A stretch of DNA of 63,798 nt, counting the filler, from Nemertoderma westbladi (taxonomy: Eukaryota; Animalia; Xenacoelomorpha): assembly GCA_032718475.1 (NCBI GenBank). It is 4 parts of 4 records of this genome, joined end to end, with 100 filler letters (N's around TTAATTAATTAA, not from the genome) between each part and the next. Parts side by side here need not be neighbours in the genome. Positions count along the whole stretch, not along the records: positions 33,533 to 60,346 come from JAUCBJ010003363.1; 3 more parts are not named here. The stretch is one strand, 5' to 3'. Both the position numbers and the translations under genes were made by a program. Below are positions 46,517 through 59,295 of the stretch, piece by piece (within the stretch, counting starts at the first letter, position 1; each line of letters opens with the position of its first letter). The notes under the pieces were generated by a model. It saw only the letters and a list, made by a program, of their open reading frames with translations. It did not search any database and was not told where the DNA came from.

Positions 46517-47659
46517 AACCTTTAATATTATTGCTGACCTTTTGGAGTTAACGGCGCCTCATATTTACCTTGCCAAGTAATAGTGTTATGATAAAAAACT
46601 AATAAATTTTGAACTAAAAAATTAACTGTTTTTCTAAACATATGCTTAAAACATATGTAAGTATGGAAATCGAAAACGAAATAGTTGAAATAACCTGCCA
46701 CGAATGCATATGACGACATAAATACATACAAGACAATACATATGTCAATTAAAATTTCCGTACTTACATATGTTTTCAGCATATGTGCAGAAAAACAGGA
46801 AAATTTTTGGCGCGCAAAAGCGCGCACACACACGCCATGTGCGCGCAGCGCAAGCGCGTACACATATGCCATGTGCGCGCAAGCGCGCACATGTGGCTTG
46901 CTCTGTGGGCGCACGGCGCACGTTTTTGGCTTTTTCTGCGCACGCGCACGCGCGCGCACCCATTATTTTACCGCGCACAACGCGTTTTAATTTTTGCAAA
47001 CATTTTCCAGGCTGGCATAGACGGCGTTTTCTAACCAAAACAATAATTAATTGTTTATTGGCAGATTCAGAGATTGGCGAAGGTTGTTCGCGGGCGAAGG
47101 TTTCCGCCGGGCGATACCGTAGTTGCTCATTTTGCTGTTTTGAGGGCGAAGATTGGACGCGGGCGAAGCTTTCACGCGGGCGAAGCTTTCTCGCGGGTGA
47201 AGTTTGCTGCGTACCGCGTACCGGTACCGTACGTTATTGGTCGGGAACGTTTTAACCGGGGTACGTTTTAACCTGTCTGCCTGTAACCTGCAGACCTGGT
47301 AACCATATAACAGTCTGGCAGTTTATACTGGTCAAGGCCTTCTAGTAGGCCTTGATACTGGTATAACATAACCGTATACAGGCTGACAGGTATAAAGGGA
47401 GATAAGAGGTACCGGAGGTACCGATCAGACAGTACCGGTACTGCAGTAGGACTAAGGCAGAGTACAGCAGTAAGGACTTAGCAGCTTAGACATAGACAAC
47501 CTGACAACAGACTGTTGATATACTGTAAAAATAATAATAACCATTTATTTTATACTGTAGTACAGTACTGCAGTAAAGAACACAAAATGCCAATGTGACA
47601 TGCTCCTCTCCCTAAATTTAGAATTTAACAGTGAGGCGGGATGTAATTTGCTGAGATGA

Positions 47660-48780
47660 AGCAAACAGTCGGCCGAGGCCGGGCCCGGAGCCGACCCTAA
47701 GGCTCCTCTTTCGATAGCAGCTACTAGTATCGGCATGCTGCATTGCAGCTGCATTTTTAAGAATGCTGTGCCGGCTTGTTGACAAAATTGCGCCGCCACA
47801 ACTCCCTATCACCCATGACATTTGCTAGATCATCCGCATCTTCAAGGCCAGTGTCCAGTTAAGATGCGTCTCAAGAAAGTCATGGGCTGTCCACCATGCT
47901 TATTCACTCCATGAGGCTGCCAAAGTACAAGATTATGCACTGGCTGGTCCTCACGGCGAAAGCAATGTCCTGCAAAGCGGAGGCGATTTTGTTCTAGTGT
48001 CAAGCTTGGGGGAACCAATGAGACACCTCCAATGTTATATAGTGTCTGGTTGGAGATGTGTGCATTGTACTTGACACAATAAACACGGCGTAGCATTCTT
48101 GTGAATGTACCATCCAGAGATTTGGTGTCCTCAGCAGTTAGAGCACAGATGGACTCCCATAGAGGAGTACTGGAACTACTGCTGCTCTAAATAATCGGAC
48201 CTTAAGTTTCCGATTAATTCTCGGTGACTTCCAAATCCTGGAAAGCCTATTCAAGGCTGCCCATGCCTTTCCCTTACGTATTCGAAGGTCCTCACCTGAC
48301 TTCCGGATCCATGATCCCAGGTAACAGAAGACGTCCACATGCTCAAGCATACCATCCTTTGAGCTTATGCTCATCCGATCAGAAACTTGCTGAGAACTTT
48401 CAAAGTTAACTGTCAAAATTTTGGTCTTTCTGGAGTTAATAAAAAGACCAACACTAGAAGCAGCATGTTCTAATGAGCTGAGGAGCCGTTGGGCTCCCTC
48501 CCTCTAGTGATTCTGAGAGTACTCCTAAGTCATCAGCAAAGTCTAGATCAGTTAGGTACTTGGCAGGATTTCCTCGACCTCTGGAGCCAGTAATGGACAT
48601 ACTTCGGCTGAAGGCCGAAGGTAGGTGTGGGCGCTACTACCCCTATTCCTTGCACTACTCCCAGTAATTTTTAACTGGTACTGTACTCATTAATCGACCC
48701 CACTAAATGAAAGGCTTAGTGGAGCCTGGCGGGGCTGAACCTACAACCAATAGATTGCAGGCCCGGCGCTCAAACAACTG
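47660..48780 (-). mobile_element. tRNA-derived SINE split by an RTE insertion
   Basis: Head CAGTTGTTTGAGCG...GGTTCAGCCCC (A/B-box-like), central AGCCTTTCAT..GGGGTCGATTAATGAGTAC segment, and a 3' module resuming after the LINE at about 47722-47660. Confidence 0.65.
47723..48590 (-). mobile_element. RTE-clade LINE, 5'-truncated
   Basis: DLDFADD RT motif, FCYLGSWI, KAWAALNRLSRIWKS, VLLYGS, RLRFAGHCFR; frameshifted. Confidence 0.9.
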
Positions 48781-49659
48781 AAAACCTTAAAAGATTAGAG
48801 AGAGACCCCAAAGAGACCTCAAAATAGTTCAAAAACACCAAAAAACATGTATCCTGCTCCGTTCCGTTCCCTTATCAACTGACAGTTAGTTAATAAAGTA
48901 TTATTGAACTGTTTCGGGGTATTTTGGTGTATTCTGGCGTACATTGCGTAATTCGTACCCAAATCTCGCGAAAAACGTGCATCGCAGGAAATGACATGGA
49001 ATGAGAACGGAGAGAGGCACAATGGTGTGGAAGAATGAGAGGGATGGGTATTGTGAGAAGGCGACACATTAAACTACAGTAGGTCTGCTATACTTTGTAA
49101 TTTGGTATTTTAACGCTTAAGTAATGATAAATGTATTGAATATACTGTATAATAATTTAGCCACATTGTTAAAAAATTTACGAAAATTTGCTGCTGCAAC
49201 CGGGTCTCGAACTCGTAAATAATAGCACAGTATCTGTGCTCTGACCACTGAGTTGTCTGCCTGTACTTTCTGCAAAAAAAGTGGTACGACCTACGAAGAC
49301 TTTCTGCCACTATATTAGTGGCAGAAAATAGTAATAGCGCGCGAAAGCACTACTTCTTGCATTGTTTTCTACAAAATGTAGGAATAATAATAGGGATTTT
49401 TCAGATAAAATAATTTTATTGTTAAAATTATTATTGTTAACAGCGACCATTGATAATTACAGGTGTTTATCTAAAGGGCTGATGCAAATAATTTAAAATT
49501 ATTATTAACAATAAGTTAGCAGATTGGTAAAAACCAAACCGCAGACTGGTAAAAAAAACCTTAGTCGGACGATCTTGTGATTTATGTTTCGACTGTTGAA
49601 AATTTATCAGCTCAACTCCAATTTATATAATAAACATAGCTTGGCAGCAATACTCGAGC

Positions 49660-51667
49660 CAGTGCCGGATTAAGCCTCAGATTGCCCTAAGGCACATTTT
49701 AGTAATTTCCAAAAATGGCCCGAAAATTGATATTTTTCCGCAAACCCTTTCAAAAGAAAAAGCTGCTAAAAACAACGGAAATTGTGAAAATGTTGCGAAG
49801 CAAATATAAAGTTTTTTCGTCGGATTACTGCGTTCAAATAAATGCGTTCGAAAAATATGCACTTTTTGAGCAGGTCGGTTTTTTCAAAAATTATATAAAT
49901 TTGTGGCATTTCTATGTAAATTATCTCATGTTTAAGGATCTGTAATACCCTTGCAGGACATTGCTTTCGCCGTGAGGACCAGCCAGTGCATAATCTTGTA
50001 CTTTGGCAGCCTCATGGAGTGAATAAGCATGGTGGACAGCCCATGACTTTCTAGAGACGCATCTTAAAGGACACTGGCCTTGAAGATGCGGATAATCTAG
50101 CAAATGTCATGGGTGATAGGGAGTTGTGGCGGTGCAATTTTGTTGACAAGCCGGCACAGCATTCTTAAAATTCAGCTGCAATGCAGCATGCCGATCCTAG
50201 TAGTAGTAGTAGTAATACCCTGCATTTAAGTTCTTAGTCCAAGACTTTGGTAAAATGGACCTAAAAATGTAGGCTTTCTTCTATGATGATTTTAGCACAA
50301 AATTATTGTTTTTGAAAAATTTAGGGAGGTTTTAGTATTTCCGGGCTATATTTTGAGAATAAATATTTTGTGATAGACAAAGTGTAACAGTTACAAAATC
50401 GGTTCTAGAATATCCAAATGCCAATGTTTTATAAAACCAACGATAGTAGTACTAAAGCTGCAGAACATTTTGGTATATATTTGATGGAAATTGAGTAAAA
50501 AATAAAATAGTAGTAGGGAATTTAGTGATGAATAAAGTCAAAATTGACAAACTGAGAAAAAGGTTGTTTTATACAGAGAGTCATAAATATCAGCAATTTA
50601 TTTATGTTGTTGAAAAGAGCAGTTTTGAGGTCAAAAAATAATTCACTGTTGAAAACCGATATCACCTTATGAAAGCCCTTCTATCAAACTACAAAAAATT
50701 GTGTAAATTTTCGAAAATTTCATTTCTGTGGGGGTTATAGTTGGCCCCCTTAAGGCTGACTGGCCCCTGTAGGCATTTAGCAATTTTGATCGGATCTTGG
50801 GAATGTGTTATTTATTTGCTGTAGGTTTCGCAGGGTACTTATCTTTACAGGACTTGCTGAGAAATATAACACACCATAAGTGTGGGCTTAGTGCAAAGAT
50901 ATAATATTTCTGATCTAGATTTGACTTGCTGAGAAATGTTCTTCAATAAGAGAACAGTCTCGGAAATAAGCACTTTTTGTCGCTAATTTTAATTTACCCC
51001 AATTCAATTGTGCTGTCCGACTAAAATGCCATCGAATGCAAAATTCAAAACACGAGGGCAGAACATCTGAATTTCGGTTAAATTAAATTACAGTAGTGAC
51101 AAGAAATTATTTCTGAAATTATTTCTTTTTTTTATCAACAACTATTTTATCTACAATTAATTTATCCTTTTTTTATCTATTAGGGCCTATATTTATAAAA
51201 CTCGTTTCCGGAAAAAAAAATTAATTTCGCACTACCATATCCCCACGCCATACATTTACTATGAACAGTATCCAGTATGTCACCACGTCATTATTTGGTT
51301 GTTCTAGAAAGTTTGAGTGCATAACTACAAATAATTCCCCACAAATAGATAAAATTAAATTCTCCATTGTTCATAATTAGCACTTTAAAGTTTTACTGCC
51401 CATGTTTTATTGTTTCCCTGCTATCAGGTCTCGAACTAATAACACAGCACCTGTCGGTCGACTGAGCTAGAATTTTGCACTTTCTATCACAAATTTAGGG
51501 ATAGAAAGTAGTCGAAAGATGCACTTTCTTGCTCTGTTTCCGGACTTTTCAGATAAAAATATTTTTTTCACAGGATCACAGGAATGACTCGCAAAAAAAA
51601 AATGGCCCGGATTTTCGGCTGGCCCTAAGGCACGTGCCTTATATGCCTTAAGGTTAATCCGGCACTG
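49660..51667. mobile_element. hAT-like non-autonomous element
   Basis: CAGTGCCGGATTAA TIRs; perfect 8-bp TSD ACTCGAGC (49652-49659, 51668-51675). Confidence 0.9.
49952..50211 (+). mobile_element. RTE LINE 3' fragment with (TAG)n tail
   Basis: Near-identical to the 3' end of the 47723-48590 copy; TSD GTAATACCCT (49942-49951, 50212-50221). Confidence 0.9.
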
Positions 51668-51709
51668 ACTCGAGCTGAATATCTATCCATATAATTTGTA
51701 AGTAATAAA

Positions 51710-52430
51710 GTAGAGGAAATCCTGCCAAGCAAAGGACATTGGTCTAAACTTTGCTGATGATTTAGGGATTTAGGAGAACTGTCAGAATCACCAGAGGGAT
51801 CCTAAAGGCTCCAATGCTTATTGGAAATAATAAATTAGAAAACGGAATCTCAAGATTCGATCATTTGGGGCAGCAGTTGAACCGGTATTCCTATGGGAGT
51901 CCGTGCTGGGCTCTTTCAGAGGATAATAAATCTCTGGATGTCACATTCACAAGAATGCTACGCCGGGTTCACTATGTCAAGTACAAAGCACACATCTCCA
52001 ACCAGACACTATATAACATTGGAGGTGTCTCATTGGTTCCCCCAAGCTTGACACTAGAACAAAGCCGCCTCAGCTCTGCAGGACATTGCTTTCGCCGTGA
52101 GGACCAGCCTGTGCATAATCTTGTACTTTGGCAGCCTCATGGAGTGAATAAGCATGGTGGACAGCCCATGACTTTCGAGAGAAACATCTTAAAGGACACT
52201 GGCCTTGAAGATGCGGATGATCTAGCAAATGTCATGGGGTATATGGTGTTGGGGCGTAGCAACTTTGTTGATAAGCCGGCATAGCATTCTTAATGCACGC
52301 TGCATTGGGCTTGACAATAATTGTGGATTGTATGGTGGTGACAAAATGTTTTTGTTAAGCCAGCATAGCATCTCAATGTAATGTACAGTTTCAATGCAGC
52401 ACGCCGATAATACTGTAGTAGTACTGTAGT
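51710..52430 (+). mobile_element. RTE LINE fragment with internal deletion
   Basis: FADD motif then YGSP...LDVTFTRMLRRV...AGHCFRREDQP; same family as the other copies. Confidence 0.85.
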
Positions 52431-52646
52431 TGTAGAGTAGCCCTTAAAAATACTACAATCAATATTTCCTGATTGGTTTTACACAGGGTACCTAGCAACG
52501 AAAAATCACCAACAGATGGATAAAATAGCAGTTGCCCTTAAAACAACTAGAGTCCCTATTTCGGAAGCCCAAAACAACTAGAGTCACTAACCGATAACAA
52601 AGGGACAGTGACACAACTGAAAACAGCATTAAATATACAAACACTG

Positions 52647-52850
52647 TGGGGCGAGCCACGAAAGTTAGCGAGCTTAGAATACGGGTACCAATCTCAACTT
52701 CGCGTCTGTCTGACGGTCTGCCTAGCGGTTGGTCGGTCGGTCCGTCCAATCTTTGAATGTTAATACGGCAACTCAGCGAATCTTTGATGAAATTATACCA
52801 AAACGTGGTAACCAAGTAGTACTGTATGTCAAAAGTTTAGAAAGTCTTCT
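52647..52850 (+). mobile_element. DINE-1/HINE-like element 5' part
   Basis: Homologous to 3215-3380, with a (GTCY)n tract; ends approximate. Confidence 0.5.
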
Positions 52851-53329
52851 GAATTTTTGCGTAGTGAAATTTCATGGTCCGCCGCTAGAGTCGCTAAATA
52901 TCACTTCGTATAGGCTTAAAAACTTTTGAACCACTTCATAGATTTTGAGTGACCTATGGATGTTCTCAATTAATTTTAATTATTAGGTAGGCCCCTATTT
53001 GGTAGACATTGACAATTAATATAGAATGTGACAGACAGTCAGAGACCCACAACATCAGCATCGGCCGCTAGAGGGCGTTAACAATTTTACCGCTATAGTA
53101 CAGTATAGTATTTCAATTTTTGAATTAGGAATATTATACAGTAACTTGCAGTTACAGAGAAAAGTAACTTTAATTTCCAATTCACAATAAGCAATACAAT
53201 ATACAACTGTATACACGTACAGACGATTAGGCATCGTTTTAGTACAATGAAAGCGAACTAAGAGGAAAGCAGGAAAGGGTTGCTAGCTGTAGCGTAGAGA
53301 AAGGCCTACGAAAAAAAACAGAATTCTCC

Positions 53330-53805
53330 ATCGAAATCGCTTCTCCTTTTCTCCAAACTGGAAACAATCGTCTGAAGAGCGATGGTAACTAATGTCTAAA
53401 ATTCGCCCAACTGATCCACACCTGGATTTCGGGAAGATGGGGAACTACGAGATGCAGGGTGAGGAGGAGGTGGCGGAGTACTGTAGGGATAATAAAAGGC
53501 GCTACACCCTCGAAGATAGATGGTGGATTCGCTGGAACTTTGAAACGCCCTCCACTCTTCTTGAACTCAGCAGTTTCCGGTCAATGTCTCCGACAAACTC
53601 GATATATTCGACGTAACAGTATCATGATTATATAGTAAGAGTATCACGTTACTGCGTTAGGGAGCACAGCCAGCAAAAGAACCACTTAGGAAAGCTGTAA
53701 CCTGGTGGAAACGGAATAGGTGGCGTTTATAAAAATTAGACGTACGTTTTCACGTTTAGGGCGGTAATTCGCTCGACAACCACCAACAGAATACTTTCTT
53801 ACCAT
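53330..53805 (-). pseudogene. THAP-domain (P-element-like transposase N-terminus) relic
   Basis: MVRKYSVGGCRANY...LFRF..KW...IYRVCRRH*PETAEF...PANPPSIF...PTPPPPP, a degenerate C2CH THAP pattern with stop and frameshifts. Confidence 0.65.
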
Positions 53806-54896
53806 ATTCAAATATATAAACAATTATAACAAATGCAATATAATTCAATAATTATAGAATTAACAGGAATATGAAAGCTAGCTACAGACGTAAAATGTAC
53901 TTATTACATACTGTACAGACATAAGTAATAAGTACTGTATGTTACTGGTACCGGTAGTACATAAAGTAAAACAGTTGGCCAACAATGTATTATTTGCAGG
54001 TTTATTTACATGGTCAATGTTGGGAGACCGGCCCCGTCCTCAAATCCCAGTACAGTATTGTATGCAGTGCTCCAGTGCTGGTCTGCTGCCTGGCGGTACT
54101 GCAAAAGTTAGCCTTCAAGTTTGAAGGCATAAATCCGGCTGCCATGCCTGTCTTTTAGTAGGCTTGCTGTAGGGCTGTAGGAGGTAGATTCCGTATTACA
54201 GTAATAAAATGAAAGTGAATTCTAATCTGAGCGTTCGTTATGCAAATGTAGGCCCTACTGTAATGTACCGGCTGACCGGTGTTTGAGGTCCACTAATCAG
54301 CAAGAATGTTTAAGTCTCCTGTTGTTTTATGGGCTCCTGTATAGTAGGCTAGTAGTACTGTAGTAGGCATACTGTTATATTACTACCATTATCACACTAG
54401 TAGGCCTACTACCGGTAGGCCTATATACTGTTGTACTGTACTTCAATTTTAATACTTTCAATTTCACATTTAACTGCTACAGCTACATCCTTATATAATA
54501 TATATTTTTATTATAAGCGGTATGTGTTTGCACATAGGCGTATACCCGATACACTTGATGTGGTTCCGTCGATATTATTTAGTATTACATGTCAACTATT
54601 AGGATAAATTCATTTGAAAAATACATTATCTATGACTGACAAGTATGTCGAGAGAACATAAATATGAATTTAATTTTTAATCAAAAAGTTAAACATTTAC
54701 CTTGGCTTACAGTATGCATTCACTTTCTTTCTATATAAACTATTTACACTGGACCGTTTCTGTATGAAGTTCTTCAAACCAATCCAGTAACCTTCCTTAT
54801 TCGCTTGCACGTTCTTTACGAGAGCCGTGTAGTGAAGCATTCCAGCATTTGTGCGTACCGACGTATTGTGCGGTAAATAAAGTAAACCTGGTCCTG

Positions 54897-55844
54897 GTAT
54901 ACCATTGTCTACTATATATACGGCCTAACATGTTATCGATTTGGCCTTAAAAAAAGAGGCCAGTTTTTTTTTACACTATTTTTATATTTTGATATGGGGA
55001 GAGTTCTATAAATTGTCATTTGCTGCAATTTGGTCAATGGACTTAATTGGAGTCTCTTCGTTAAGAAAGATACTAAATTTTATGGTAGCTAGTATTTTAG
55101 GAGGTTTAGCTAGTAATTTCAACACTGGATCCGACAACCTACTTCCCTCTATAAATATTTTGTAGCAGCTAGTTCTTATTACTATTTGTATAGAAAATGT
55201 TCCAGAACATGTTAGCTATCCATTTTAAGAAAAAGTCACGTTCTAGAACAAATATTTTTTGTTCTAGAACATTTTTTAGAAAAAAATCTGGATTCTATTT
55301 AAAACGCAAGGAATCGTTCTAAAACGTTTTTAAAATCAATAAAAAAAATAGTGAAAATAAAATATAGTGAATAAAATTAAAATTTTGAAATAAATTTTTT
55401 TTATTGATTTTAAACACGTTTTAAAACGATTCCTTGCGTTTTAAATAGAATCCAGATTTTTTTCTAAAAAATGTTCTAGAACAAAAAATATTTGTTCTAG
55501 AACGTGATTTTTTCTTAAAATGAATAGCTAACATGTTCTGGAACATTATCTATACAAATAGTAATAAGAACTAGCTACTACAAAATATTTATAGAGGGAA
55601 GTAGGTTGTCGGAATCAATGTTGAAATTACTAGCTAAACCTATCTAAAACACTAGCTACCATAAAATTTAGTACTGTATCTTGCTTAACGAAGAGGCTTC
55701 AATTACGTCCGTTGACCAAATTGCAGCAAATGACAATTTATAGAACTCTCCCCATATCAAAATAGTGTAAAAAAAAACTGGCCTCTTTTTTTAAGGCCAA
55801 ATCGACACATGTTAGGCCGTATATATAGTAGGCCATGGGTATAC
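54897..55844. mobile_element. About 950-bp foldback palindrome/MITE
   Basis: Arms invert almost end to end around about 55370; GTATAC at both ends. Confidence 0.9.
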
Positions 55845-56087
55845 ATTATAGTTTATGCTAATTTATTTAATTTAAATAAATGTAATTATTTAATTTAATT
55901 TATTGATTGCAGGACTTATTATTCGATAAAAAAAAGTAAGCGGAAAACGCTGTGGCACAACCCACAAAAGAGTGGGTTGTGCATGGTTTTTTCTGTTTCA
56001 CACTCACCAAAACTTTATTATAGATTTCATATTCTGGCCCAATTACAAAGCTATCTAGTTGCCTCAAAATCCTGAATCTCTGTATAT

Positions 56088-57771
56088 GGGTCAATGCCAA
56101 CCATATTGACCAATGTCGTACGTGATTTATGAAATTTGTTGAATTTTGAAATTAACTTTGAGAATTTGCCATAGTGATGTATAAAACCAGAAAGTGCCCC
56201 AAAAATTTCTTGGCCGTTATTGAGAGAAACGTTCCGGAATGCAAAAATTGAGAAAACTTTTTGTCACGTATGGGAAATTTATAAATAGTTTTTTCGTATT
56301 TTATGTCCATATTCTTGAAAATTTGAAGTAACAGTCGTTTACTGGTGGTATTGATATATTCGGCAAGAGATATCAGATCGAAGTGGAAAGTTTTCTAGTG
56401 GGGAAAAATTTAAAAATTCTGTCACTAAAAATAAATTCATAGAGTGACAACACAAAGTTTCACTTTCTGGTAAACTTTGCAGTGAAAAGTGGGGCTAATT
56501 GTTTTTTTTCCTGTTAATAACAATGTGATTAAAAAAAACTGTTGCATATGGTCAACTGTAAACCGATATTTTATATCAAAAACCTAATTTGAAAATGTAA
56601 ATAGACAGTTGTTTTATGTCATGTATGGGACATATTGATATGGTATACAGTAGGATGGAATTTACATGGAAACAATTATTATAAATTTTGACATTTATTT
56701 TCCAATTACAAACAACTCATAAAATTCTCCAAACAAATCCTCCGTACTAGAATTTAAGTCAAGTTTATCGTCCTTTCCACTGCCAACTCCTGTTCCATTC
56801 CCAACTTCCATCCCACTCTCAACTACTGTCCCAATCTCAAAACCCTTTCCACAAATAGTTAATTTGGTAATAAATTAATTTGGTCTGTTGTCAATTAAGG
56901 GGGAGGAGCAGGTTACAGTTTATCTGTGACTGGTAAGCCTCCAACCATTAATTAAATGTCAGTATTAATTGTTTTCACCATGATTAACTTCCCAACAGAA
57001 TGTCAAGTATGGGACATCCTGTCACGTTATGGGACATGGCAGTTTTTTCAACCTGGCCAAATAAATGTTTACGTAGCAGTCTCACTGATACAACCCATAC
57101 ATGGCAAAACTATCTGAGAAATGGATGTGATGATCTAAATCTTTATGAGTTCGCGTTTTCTGATAGAAAACCTCCATTAAGTCTGGGACACTTTTTTGGA
57201 CCATTTTGGAAACGCTCAACGCAATTTATTCATATGACCTGCTAAACCATCAAAAATTGGCAATCTAATTGAAACACTATGGAAGAATATGAGTGGAAGT
57301 GTTAACACATCGGGTTAATGGCCCATATTTGACAATTTATATTAAATTAATCATTTACCGAGTGTCACGTTATGTGACAAAAAAAAGGACCACGTTAAAT
57401 TTTTTTTTGAATTTCTGATATTTCAAATCAAATTACTACGAAGCTACGTTTATTTGTTCACAGGAATTATACTCAGGAGGGATATTAATCGTTTGGCACC
57501 CGAATTGTAATTTTAATGGCCAAAATGAGCCCGTAATCACAATAACAAAATATGAATAATGTCCCGTAAGTGACGATTTTTTTTAAACTTCGTTGTCCCT
57601 TTCTCTATAACAAACTGTGGTTGCAGTGTATCACAGCAGGAGGAGACCGATTATATGTGTATTCGGCAATCTAATTATCAAAGCCAACCGACCATTCATT
57701 CTCGAATGATTTACATTTTTGTATATTTTTTGTCCCGTTCGTGACTTGGTCAATATGGTTGGCATTGACCC
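56088..57771. mobile_element. Non-autonomous TIR element, Sola2-like termini
   Basis: Perfect 26-bp TIR GGGTCAATGCCAACCATATTGACCAA; TSD ATAT on both sides. Confidence 0.85.
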
Positions 57772-58058
57772 ATATTTTTGTTGTGATTGGTTATCAAATG
57801 GTCAAATATACACTTCTAAAAGCCATGAAATATCTATGCCACTTCTGTCAAAATCCATGTACAGTTATTATTTATCGTATTATTTGTTATTGTAATTGTT
57901 AGTGTAATTGATATAATTATCATCGTATTATTTCATGCTATTTGAAGAGTTAGAATGAGAAAAAATGCAATTTTGAATAAATTTTTTTACGACATTGTGC
58001 AGTGGTCATATGACGCATATATGCGTCATGGATCATGTGTCACAAAATGAGTTTTGAA

Positions 58059-58165
58059 AAGGACACTGGTCTTGAGTTGAAGATGCGAATAATTTCGCGA
58101 AAGTAATGGGGGATAGGGAGTTATGGCGGCACAATTTTATCGACAAGCCGGCATAGCATTTTTAA
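58059..58165 (+). mobile_element. RTE LINE extreme 3' fragment
   Basis: AAGGACACTGG...GAAGATGCG...GATAGGGAGTT...GACAAGCCGGCATAGCATT matches the other RTE copies. Confidence 0.75.
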
Positions 58166-58632
58166 AATAAAAATTAATTTGTTAGCAACAAAAATAATCT
58201 TTCTCTTATCAATTTCAATTTACCCAATTCCTATACAAACCAAGTAAAGTACCAAAAAATGTTGTTTTCAATATATAATCATTGATATCATCAACGGATA
58301 TAGATAATAATACCAATAATTATTACGATTTCATTACAACCAATAAAACCTGTGGTCTGGACCTGAATCATCAAAACAATCTAAAATGAGTACAAATTGT
58401 GGGGAACTGCAAAAAATATGGTTACATGCGCTAGTTGGTGGAATCTTGCGATGACTATTTTAGCGATATGTTCGAATATCTTAGCTATCATTATTAAGGA
58501 ACCGATTAAATCATTAATAATTTCAACGGGTATTTATCTAATTGGATCGAGTTGAAAAAGTTGTAGTTTACATTGGATCCAGTTTAAAGTTCTGTAAGTT
58601 CGACAAAGTCGCAATCCAACAATCGATCGAAT

Positions 58633-58703
58633 CTATTTCTTCTGGTACGGATGATAGCCCTGGCTGCCGTGTCGTTCTTGCCCCATCTTACCGCCAATAG
58701 CAT
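58633..58703 (-). CDS. Terminal coding exon of an hnRNP/DAZAP1-like gene
   Basis: ttttcag|AT gives (D)AIGGKMGQERHGSQGYHPYQKK*, a PY-NLS-like YHPY tail; phase matches the upstream exon. Confidence 0.65.
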
Positions 58704-58836
58704 CTGAAAAGTAAATTAGGCGAATCGAAATTAGATGAAGGGCGAGGCGTGCCCATAAAGTATGATATTCGTTGCTTCGAAATAATTGTGTCACGTGGTT
58801 GTTTGATACAATGTTGTGACCCTTTGTGATTTTTGA

Positions 58837-58872
<36 letters not shown>

Positions 58873-59295
58873 TAAAAATCAGATTAAAATTAAAAATCCT
58901 ACTCTCTTCAGCAGGTCTTTGGATAACCAACTGCACTGTCATATTAAGAGAACGATTATTATGTAGCTGTTACGGCAGCTTGGATATGGCGTTGTAGAAT
59001 AAATTGTGTGTGTTACGGCTAGTGTAACCTTTGAGTGTGACCAGCCGTGTACGTTATTCGGTTCAGTACCACGTATTGCCTATAGTTTATTACATCCCAG
59101 GTACCTGCGAGTGTGAGCGATAATGAAAACTCAAGCAAACGCAGAGTACGACGCAACTGTAAAAATAATGGCAGTTCGCAACTAGGTTTATTAGTATTAC
59201 ACGAAACGTTACAGTTCAAACCCAGTTGTCAAGGTAACTGTCGATATCATAATGTTTCCTCCAGAGAGTGAATTTCAACATTTACGTTAGAAGTA

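Larger units (their letters stand above)
39394..47015. mobile_element. TIR element with 8-bp TSD hosting the Helitron-like array
   Basis: CCAGCCTGGAAAA / TTTTCCAGGCTGG TIRs; TSD CATAGACG at 39386-39393 and 47016-47023; GCGCAC-rich subterminal repeats; superfamily unresolved. Confidence 0.85.
37869..47304. mobile_element. MULE-like shell containing nested elements (9.4 kb)
   Basis: GG...CC ends; inverted AAAACGTACC.GGTTAAA..GGTACCGGTACG blocks near both ends; 10-bp direct repeat ATATAACAGT at 37859-37868 and 47305-47314. Confidence 0.6.

Noticed and set aside
48725-48780. tRNA gene
   Set aside because: The boxes are degenerate, there is no acceptor stem, and it continues into a SINE body.
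54700-54896. Minus-strand open frame with YWIGL and a donor-like AG|GTAAAT
   Set aside because: Other C-type lectin motifs and partner exons were not found.
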